64,000 nt of DNA, from NCBI GenBank assembly GCA_030141605.1, contig JAQGDQ010000996.1, positions 1 to 64,000 of the forward strand. Reading direction: 5' to 3'. The notes beneath the pieces are model-generated. The model was not told the DNA's origin. It did not search any database and was given only the letters and a program-made list of their open reading frames with translations. This DNA is from Tubiluchus corallicola (Eukaryota; Animalia; Priapulida). The stretch's first letter is position 1, and each line of letters starts with the position of its first letter. This document shows, piece after piece, positions 53,101-61,708 of this stretch. The translations under genes were made by a program, and so were the position numbers.

Positions 53101-56100
53101 CAGGTCGTGATACCGTGGGTCCAGTTATCCAGGATCACATCTCAAGAATCAAGAAACCACACTGCTGGGGCTCACGCATTGCAGACTCCACCACCAGGGT
53201 GTTAGAAACACGGATCCAGGGTCTCGAAACGTCTCCGTTTACTCCTATACTGTAGGAGTCAGCAAATGACGGAGGAAAGGAGAAAAGTTCCTCGTTCCCA
53301 GTCTTCAACTAGGCAACCTCCTTAGGCAGTTCCAAACTCCACCCAACAACCGTCATGATCTACGTGGCCAGATTACGAACACGACGAAGTTTCCTGCATA
53401 CTAGTAACACTGCCTAGGAACCGTTTGGTTTCCTCTCAGAGAAATTTGATTACACTGAGAACACCAAAACTAGCGAACTCATTATGAGATCTCAAAAGTT
53501 ACGAGACCTCAAACCTGCTGCAACAAAACGCGTAGCTTCAAAAACAGCTCAAACCCGCAATGGCGACAGTAAGGAAAAATCACGGTTCAATGCTTTTCCA
53601 GGAGCGCGAAAATTATCCTGTAACCATTCAAGACATGTGACAGGAAGATCGCCATCAAACAGGGAAAAGGGGAGAGGTATTAAAGGATGGACAGAAAACC
53701 AACCCAAACATAAAAAAGAAATGAATATTTTATTTGGAGTACAAAATGAACTTTAGCATAATTTTAATACGGACGAGGACGTCTGTGACGTCACAGAAGC
53801 CCTCCCCCAAGAGTGTGGTAACACTCTTAACCAATGGACGTATTAAAAGTATCTGGAGTGCATTTTGGTACAACATACATACATCATGGACACAATGCCA
53901 CAGATCCTAACTACTATATTGGAACAGGGGTCACAAATCTCTATTACTATTAAAAGTATATACAATAGCACACACAAAAAGAAACAAAAAAAAAATTGCA
54001 ACTGACAGGTCATTGAACCAATATGAAAAGAATTGGTAATGGTAATGTCAATCATTGCATTACAAAATTACAATATAACTCAAAAGAACGTCACCAAAGT
54101 TTAGTACTTGCACAAACACAGTTCACAAAATTCTCCTGAGAGAAGCCGAAAGAAGATACCCTAAAATGGTTATATAAATCACATTAAAGGTTAAATGTAC
54201 ATGGTACTAAAAATACACTGCTAGCAGATTTTAACAGTGTGAGTGCTCAATGATCACACTGGGCTTCAACTCAAACATGGATATGTCCTCAAAGCAGGAA
54301 ATCCTAGCTATGATTAACAATAACAATGTCGTCTCACAAACAACAAGAATTGTAACCAAACATCGCTCAACGTCCTTCCATATGAATACAAGGAAGGGTG
54401 ACTACGATAAGAGCAAATTGTGAAGAGTAATTTGTATTTGGTAACAATAAAGTAAGAGAAAAACTCTCACCTACCTAATGACTACACAGTAATACAAATA
54501 ATTTTCATATTCGTCAGTGCAGCTAGAATTAGCAACAATAAACATCAACTAAAGCATCTATATACATCACTACTACAAGAATTCCATTACATCAATATAT
54601 AAATCGTGAAAGTGTCAAGTGACTCAATGTGAGCCAAAAATCAATGTTTAACGCTAAAAACAAGACTATCAGATACTATGCGATCTACGCAAGGGAAGAA
54701 GCGTTCTCCATTTTTGAATTACAAACGCGACAGAGCATCCGCAACTCTGTTTTCACAACCAGGGACATGTTCTATATCAAATGCATATTCACTCAATTTA
54801 AGTGCCCAGTGGCATAATCTACGATTTTTCGTTTTCATTTTATCTAATGCAAGCAAACTGCGCTGATCAGTACGAACAGTAAAATGTCGACCTTCCAAGT
54901 AGTATCTTAGTTTCTCAACACTGAACACTACACTCAAACATTCAAGCTCCACCACAGAGTACCTAGTCTCTGGCTGAGTCAACTTGCGACTAATATATGT
55001 TATTGGCACTTCAGCTAACCCGTCTCCCTTATCTTGAGACAGAACAGCCCCTAAACCGATAAAGCTAGCATCAGTGGTTAGGTAAAAGGGCTTAGTAAAG
55101 TCTGGTGAATGGAGTACGGACTCGGAAGATAATGCATCTTGAAGCTGACGAAAGCTACTTTCAGTGGCCTCAGTCCACTCAACTTGGACGGGGGCATACT
55201 TTTCAGTAAGAGCATGGAGAGGCGCAGCGATGCTACTAAAATGGGGGATAAAACGCCTATAAAAACTGACCATACCCAAAAACCTGCGCACCTGCGTTTT
55301 TGTCTGTGGGCGCAAAAATTGACGTATCCGTTCCACTTTGGATAATTGTGGTTTAAGTCTATTTTTCCCCCACTACATATCCCAGGAATTCGACTTCCTG
55401 TTGTGCAAAATGACATTTTTTAGGTTTAACTGTCACTCCAGCCTTGCGAATGTTGTAAAGTGTGTAATCAACATGCTTTAAATGATCAGTCCAGTTTGGA
55501 GATTTAATGATAACATCATCAATATACCCACTAGAACAATATGAAACCGGATCTAATATGCGGTCAATAAGAGACTGAGCCGAGGCTGCAGCATTCATTA
55601 ACCCAAAAGGCATAACAGTAAACTCAAATTTACCGAAATTAGTAACAAAGGCTGAAACAGGCTGAGATTCCGGGGCCAATTCAATTTGCCAATAGGCTTT
55701 TGACAAATCTAGAGTTGATATCCACTTTGCGCCATTAAGATCATCAATCATGTCGTCTGGACGTGGTGTTGGATAAGGTGAAAATATTGTTCTCTTGTTC
55801 AAGGCTCTGTAATCAACACATGGACGCCACTGGCTAACACCATCCATAGGAGGCTTGGGAACAACTAGCATTGGAGATGAATACTCGGAATCCGAACGAC
55901 GAATGACACCCAAATCTAACATATCTTTGATTTCTTTACGGATAATATCTAAACGAGCTTGCGGTACTCGATAAGAATGCTGTTGGACAGGGGTCTTGTC
56001 ATGAAGGTTAATGTAATGTTGAACCAATTTTGTTCTGCCGGGAAGATCGGTAAACATCTGGGGGTATGAATGGAATATGTTCCTCATTTGTTCCTTAGCT

Positions 56101-59100
56101 TCCTCAGATAAATAGTCAGGCAATTCGACATCCTCCACAGATTGTGTGGCAACTGCAGTTGGGAAAAATGCATACTCTGGAAGATCACAAGCTTCGGTTT
56201 TGCCAGAACCTATCTTGTTACAAGTCTCTTCAACTTCTTGCCAGTTAATAGAAGCATCATCCCTGTCTTCATTGTGTAGAGCCATAAGAACAAGTTCTTC
56301 TTCTCTATCAATGTAAGCTTTAAGTCTGTTAGCATGAAACGTACTTAAGCTTCTCCTACTTCCAGGCTTACCTAGCTTGACTCGATAAGTGCATTCAGAG
56401 AGTTTGTCAACTATGGGGTATGGACCACGCCATGTAGTTGCCATCTTACTACCCTTTTTCATCCGTTGAACAAGGACTTTATCACCAATATTGAAACTAC
56501 GTTGCTTAGATACACGATCAAACCAAGATTTTTGAGCAAGTTTAGCCCTCCTAAGAGAATTGTGTGCATCCTCTAAGGTTTCATCCAATGTGTTTATGAT
56601 ACGGGAGACGTAGTCATCCACGTCTTCCAGCTCAGGTGGTTTCTCACAACCCCACCGCTCTTTCAGCATAGCTAAAGGGCCCCGCAGTGGGTAACCAAAA
56701 ACTAATTCATTGGGGGAGTAATGAGTAGATTCCTGGGGAACTTCACGATAGGCAAACAGAACGAATGGAATAGCCAAATCCCAAGGAAGGTGGGGATGAT
56801 CTTGAATAAGTTTTCTGATAGAGGCTTTGAGTGTGGAATTGTATCGTTCAACAAGACCATTGGTTGAAGGGGCATAAGCAGAAGTATAGATACCTTTGAC
56901 CCCAAGCTGTTCTTCCAACTGCTGAGTAAGCTTGGAAGTGAACTGAGTTCCTCTATCAGTCAGTATTTCTTTTGGAATGCCATATCTGCAGCAAAATTCT
57001 ACCAGTTTGCTTAGAATAGTTGTTGTTTCAATATTCGGGATGGGATAGCAATCCGGATAACGAGTGGCGTGATCTACAATCACTAAAGCGTACTTATTCC
57101 CATCTGGAGTACGACTAAGAGGACCTATGATGTCCATGCCAATGCGGAAAAATGGCTGCTTTGGTATTGGTAAAGGACGGAGAGGAAGCCTATCACCTTT
57201 CTGTAAACGACCATTTTTCTGACATGAAGGGCAAGAACGGCAGTAACTCCGCACAGCGTGTTTTATCTTGGGCCAAATGTATTCCATAAGAATACGGTCT
57301 GCTGTTTTCCTAATGCCTAGGTGACCCGCCATTTTGTTATCATGAGCAATTTCAAGGACTTGGCGCCGACGAGATTTAGGAAGAACTAAAAGTTCTCTAG
57401 GTTTGCCAGCCTTAGTGTGCTTACAGAGATAATAAAGCATTCCATCTTTAAGGAAATATCCTTTTCCATTCTGCTCTGCAATTTCAAATGTTGTAGCGTG
57501 ATCAATGTAGTTTGCTAATGAAGGGTCATTATGTTGTTCTTGTTTGAGTTGTTCAAACGAGACAGTAATCAACTGAGCCTGCTCTTGTTTGAATTGTTCT
57601 AGGTTAGAATGTTCTTGTGTAGAATATGTACTGTGTTCAAGTTGTTTATGTAACTCTTGATCACGTACTGCTTTAGCCTGCAGTTCTGCAGCTTTTGTAC
57701 GTGTAACTGCAAAACTATCAGAGATTTGTGGATCGCTAGACAATTTCGATTGTTCGTTGTCTGAGATTTGTGTATTATTTCCAGCTGGGCCTTCATGAAG
57801 GTTTGATTCATCATTGGGTGTAAAAGGCCTCAGTGTAGATAAATAATCATTGCCCAATAAAAGCTCTGCTGGGAGGTCAGACATCACACTAACTGTAAGC
57901 CAACCAGCGAAGTTAGGACCTACAACTTTAATCTCTGCTGTACGACATGGCTCGACATGACCATGCACATATCTAACAGGTTTAGGGTCAGACTTCAGAT
58001 ACTGATCTTTATCAACAAAACGTGGGTGGATCATAGAAACTGTGGCACCACTGTCTCTTTGCCCCAAAACAGGAATGTCATTCACAAGAGCCTCAAACAT
58101 AAACGGTATATTATTAACTGGAATGTCTTGAAGTTTGTTAGAACTAGTGTATGTTGATTCATGATCACAACTACCAAACAAAGTCTTAACCGGAGTCCCA
58201 GTTTTATTTCTGCTGGTTTTGTTTGCCTTGTTAACAGTATTAGTTGCATTTTGCCCATTGTTATTTTGGTGATTGTTACGCTGTGATGCTTGGCACTCTG
58301 GTCTTCTGTGACCAGGCTTACCACATTTATAACAAACTATCTTCTGTTTGTCATCAAGTTTATTATCAGAAACGTTTACTAAGGTATTGTTATTGTAAAG
58401 TTGTTTCTGAGAAAATTTTCCTGTTTTCCAGGGAGTAAAAGAGTGATTCCTAGAGTCAACCTCCTTGGAGCTAATAAATTTGTCAGCCTCCATGGCCATT
58501 TCAAGGCCATTCTCAAATTCATGTCTCTTTAGCCATGTTCGGACATCAGATGTTAAATTATCCATAAACTGTTCCATAGCCATGGCTTCAAAAAGCTTGG
58601 AATAGGAATCAACAGCATTAATTGCTTCACAGAAATCGGTTAATGCACGAACCACTTTTAACCAATACTGATGACATGTTTCGTTGTGACCCTTAGTAAG
58701 AGCCCTAAAGCGTTTCCGGTAAGCATCTGTTGTTAAAATGTAAGCAGCTAAAAGAGACTTCCTTACATAAGAATAATCTTTAATATGCTCCTTAGGTATT
58801 TGCTGATATGCGTCAGCAGCTCGGCCAGATAGAGCAGGACCTAAAAGGGCAGACCAATTTGCCTCGGGAATATCATTAGATGTAGCACATGATTCAAACC
58901 AATTCAAATATCTCTGAATGTCATCAGAAGATTCACGAAAACCTCGGACTTTCATTCTATTAGATGGGTTGGCAGGTACAACACAAGTATTTGTCAAAGC
59001 CGTACTTCTGTTTAAAAGTTCTAATTTCCTTAACTCAAATTCCATCTCTTCCTTGCGCATGCGCTCAGCACGTTCACCTTGTTCTTTTTCATGCTGCAAA

Positions 59101-61708
59101 ATGTCACGAACCAAATCAGGATTCATACCTTGAAGATTCTCAAGAGAAAACCCAGAAATACCACACTGTTTATCATTACCCCATCCACTGGAGGTAGGAA
59201 TAACATTTTGTGCAGGTTTAAGAGCATCTTCTTCAATACCAACACCTTTTCCTGACTGAGAAATCTCCAGCCAAGTAGTAGAGAAAGGATCTTTTGGCTT
59301 AACACTTTGAAGAGGTGTACTAGCCTGGCTAATTTTGGAAGATTCTATAATTCGTTCAGCAACAGAACCAGGAGATCTAATTGATGTATCATGCAATGTG
59401 TCAGTTTTATCAGAATTAATAAATGTTTTTCCCTGTAGAGGAACTTGTTGCATTTTAAGAATATGCTGTTGCGCTTTAATTATATGTTCAATTAATTCTT
59501 GCTTACTGACATGCGTAACATCGACAAGTAAATGAAGTGTGCTTGCTACCCTGGAAAGTTCATCTTTTTTCATTTTATTCAACTGTGTCTTGTTGTAAAT
59601 AGTTGCCTCAGCCATTCTGCATGAAAACGCACAACTTATAAACAAATAAGATCACTTTAATCACACTTGCGCGTATGTACACCAAAAAATTATCAAACAG
59701 TCATGCATAATGTCAACCACCGCTTGAAAGGTCGCGCATAATTAATATCCGTACGAAAAGTATATTCTGCCTACTGTCAGTAGCATACGACTCGTATGTG
59801 CGCCGCACTCAAGAGAGCAGAAATAATTCAAGAAAAAGAACAATAGCGGGCGAGCTAAATTATGGGCACTCAACCCCAACCTCAAGGAAAACTAAAAAAT
59901 GCTCTACAAACAGTCTCAAAATTTTATAAGTATGGAACTACTGGAAATTCCCTACATAGAATTGCGAGCTGTAGGCTTTTCAATTACAGCAAACTTCTAA
60001 GCCAATAAATCAAGAACATATTTGGACTGAAAATATCAACAAATTTGTCCTATACAGTTAACGAAAGTAATAAATTTGGCTTCCTGGGTCTGTACGCAAA
60101 GCTCTAGTTTAACGCAACTATATAGCAAAATACTGTATTGTGCTACAAACAGGAAACGATTTCAAAACGTAAACAATTCACGTAAATACATTAAGCACAA
60201 TTTTAGGCCACTCAGTCATAAAATCCAGTAACAACCAGTAAACAAACCGTTATCACCAAAAAACTACTGGTAACTTCTGACACCAATTGTGACGACCACT
60301 GGCACCATTTTTGACTCTCTATGGTGTATTGTATAAAAGAATAAATAGTTTTGTCAGGAATGCAAAATAGGGGTTGCCTTTTACTTTATCCGAGCACGCC
60401 AGAGTTCATCACATGTGGATAAAAACAATTTTTAATACTAATTTTTTTTAAGGCAAGTGGTTTTTATCCAGACTTTTTTAACGAGGGTCCTAGTAGTTTG
60501 ATTAAAACTGATGCTATTTTAGGCCATTATAATTTGTACTTAGAAATGACGAGGACGAACAGGAGGACAAACAAACGTGATTGCTTTGTTTATAAAAAAA
60601 ACGTGTAAAAATTATTTAGTGGTAATTTCAAAAATCATATTTCTACAAATCACTTACATACATACATATAACGCAAGAATTCAGTTAACCCCATCCCAGG
60701 TATAATAGGAAGAGAGGAGAGGATAATTACCGAAGAGTTCCATTGTCGCTGCAGCTGTACCAATGGGCTAGCCTCAGGTCGTGATACCGTGGGTCCAGTT
60801 ATCCAGGATCACATCTCCAGAATCAAGAAACCACACTGCTGGGGCTCACGCATTGCAGACTCCACCACCAGGGTGTTAGAAACAAGGATCCAGGGTCTCG
60901 AAACGTCTCCGTTTACTCCTATACTGTAGGAGTCAGCAAATGACGGAGGAAAGGAGAAAAGTTCCTCGTTCCCAGTCTTCAACTAGGCAACCTCCTTAGG
61001 CAGTTCCAAACTCCACCCAACAACCGTCATGATCTACGTGGCCAGATTACGAACACGACGAAGTTTCCTGCATACTAGTAACACTGCCTAGGAACCGTTT
61101 GGTTTCCTCTCAGAGAAATTTGATTACACTGAGAACACCAAAACTAGCGAACTCATTATGAGATCTCAAAAGTTACGAGACCTCAAACCTGCTGCAACAA
61201 AACGCGTAGCTTCAAAAACAGCTCAAACCCGCAATGGCGACAGTAAGGAAAAATCACGGTTCAATGCTTTTCCAGGAGCGCGAAAATTATCCTGTAACCA
61301 TTCAAGACATGTGACAGGAAGATCGCCATCAAACAGGGAAAAGGGGAGAGGTATTAAAGGATGGACAGAAAACCAACCCAAACATAAAAAAGAAATGAAT
61401 ATTTTATTTGGAGTACAAAATGAACTTTAGCATAATTTTAATACGGACGAGGACGTCTGTGACGTCACAGTACAGTAATGTAACCAACCAATCAAATCAA
61501 AGTACAGTGATGTAACTAATCAATCAAATCAAAGCACAGTGAAGTAAGTAACCACAGACATCAAAGCACAAGGATAAAACTAACCAATCGCTAAGATTAA
61601 CCTGATCCCCGTAACCTGGAGTGTCCACCACAGTCAACCTCAATCGCACTCCTTTCTCCTCGATGTCCATGTGTTTTTTCTCTATCTGCGTCGTTTTACT
61701 GATCCTGT
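41192..61708 (-). CDS. SEPTIN2: Septin of the SEPT1/2/4/5 group (septin-2-like), 5' exons beyond the right window edge
   Basis: Exons 61708-61585 ([12 protein letters not shown]3), 52092-51958 ([17 protein letters not shown]), 50869-50752 (VPIIAKAD, G4), 50506-50405 ([12 protein letters not shown]), 48756-48608 (RGRQYPWG), 47970-47863 ([15 protein letters not shown]), 41811-41733 and 41254-41192 (short coiled coil, stop). The G1 P-loop exon was not found in the window. The symbol indicates the group, not a proven one-to-one orthologue. Confidence 0.9.
42382..43692 (+). CDS. ORF1 (gag-like, DUF4780-like) of the non-LTR element
   Basis: First in-frame ATG at 42382. A basic low-complexity N-terminus is followed by SYAKAVK and [17 protein letters not shown], which resemble LOA-type ORF1 (DUF4780) from memory. 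Confidence 0.8.
   Translation: MYKKEKSSSARLTTLTKLKPAGNKPVKAGSSREPNLKPEQPEITEFLEEKKTDDMQVSEKGNPWTTKTSKGSASSECTLNTVPAPEGVDTRNPGAPNEPSKPEESKPMGKNHEKNRRKKEKRRLLKGVSAMSIANQEEAPTPNPSVVKKRTSSALSTPSPISNVKRPRGDSGQAGRKGEEGQKGEGTEGSSKASYAKAVKSGGQHLKITKKDAGEDPLDGSDLRAIQSGINRVLLRTDPGFLVRIERTYLHEGKVHVMCKDEKTLEWAKQLVLDIENPSVGHPGYEARGPKDLPPARTFGVWIPDEDDIKIEDLLTLVDRCNSELQRKHMEVRGGSKGVGGMLHVVAVWEPSLSGLERLEFAPYAGCKRVTFQSKKKKKKENQGKAKEPETPVQTVDKGPEVSTEGGKTPDVATGTKELPSVEQSQMKAPESSMET
43705..47497 (+). pseudogene. ORF2 (APE endonuclease, RT, RNase H, CCHC) with a frameshift near 43975-43990
   Basis: The endonuclease start QINLHKS..FVQEPW is in ORF 43705-44040 and continues in another frame as [20 protein letters not shown] has [16 protein letters not shown] and YADD. 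RNase H has YTDGSK, QAE, SDSQAA, WIPGH and NEEAD. The C-terminus has CPKC-X8-H-X4-C. Confidence 0.9.
48906..50367. mobile_element. Kolobok-like element; related pieces at ~16371-16680, ~20820-21200 and ~25499-26095
   Basis: TTAA-CGAGAAAGACAAG ... CTTGACTTTTCCT-TTAA. Shared blocks CTTATTGACAA/CTTTTGCTTAGT and TTTTGAACACCCATT..GAAAAGCAGCGCACTG. Confidence 0.6.
51121..51592. mobile_element. Degenerate hAT-like MITE
   Basis: CAGGCCGTCGAG ... CTCCTTGGGCCTG with a weak 8-bp TSD (ACAATAAG/GCAATGAC). A similar remnant lies at ~23443-23732. Confidence 0.4.
52494..52615. repeat. 32-bp minisatellite (AAAGTACAGTGATGTAACTAACCAATCAAATC), left part; continues at 61470-61570
   Basis: The same unit occurs on both sides of the LTR element. 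Confidence 0.9.
52616..53795 (-). repeat. 3' LTR of the Gmr1-like element
   Basis: Direct repeat of 60288-61469; by eye it differs by 5 substitutions and 2 homopolymer indels. TG...CA ends. Confidence 0.96.
53796..53812 (-). other. Polypurine tract
   Basis: Minus-strand GGGGGAGGG core located 4 nt before the 3' LTR. Confidence 0.8.
54719..59615 (-). CDS. Gag-pol polyprotein (SCAN-like capsid, CCHC knuckle, protease, integrase, RT, RNase H) with one frameshift near 55362-55371
   Basis: [16 protein letters not shown] (SCAN/capsid CTD-like), [14 protein letters not shown] and DSGA protease. Integrase has HHCC, GMD..LTDRG..GLVER and GPY motifs. RT has YIDD; RNase H has TDAS..ELEC..TD..ADALSR. 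Removing one base from GGGGGAAAAA joins the two ORFs as [18 protein letters not shown]. Confidence 0.92.
60273..60285 (-). other. Primer binding site, probably for tRNA-Leu
   Basis: TGGTGTCAGAAGT lies 2 nt inside the 5' LTR and is complementary to the recalled 3' end of eukaryotic tRNA-Leu(CAA) (...ACUUCUGACACCA). Confidence 0.8.
60288..61469 (-). repeat. 5' LTR of the Gmr1-like element
   Basis: Direct repeat of 52616-53795, followed on the minus strand by the PBS. Confidence 0.96.

Larger units (their letters stand above)
52616..61469 (-). mobile_element. Full-length Gmr1-like Ty3/gypsy LTR retrotransposon in a septin intron
   Basis: Two ~1.18 kb LTRs with TGTGACG...CGTCACA termini. A 5-bp TSD GTACA lies at 52611-52615 and 61470-61474. 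The PBS is next to the right LTR and the PPT next to the left LTR. Gag-pol order is PR-INT-RT-RH. Confidence 0.95.

Noticed and set aside
53484-53756. Identical 90-aa ORF also present at 61158-61430
   Set aside because: The duplication is explained by the two LTRs. It is antisense to the element and has no recognisable domain.
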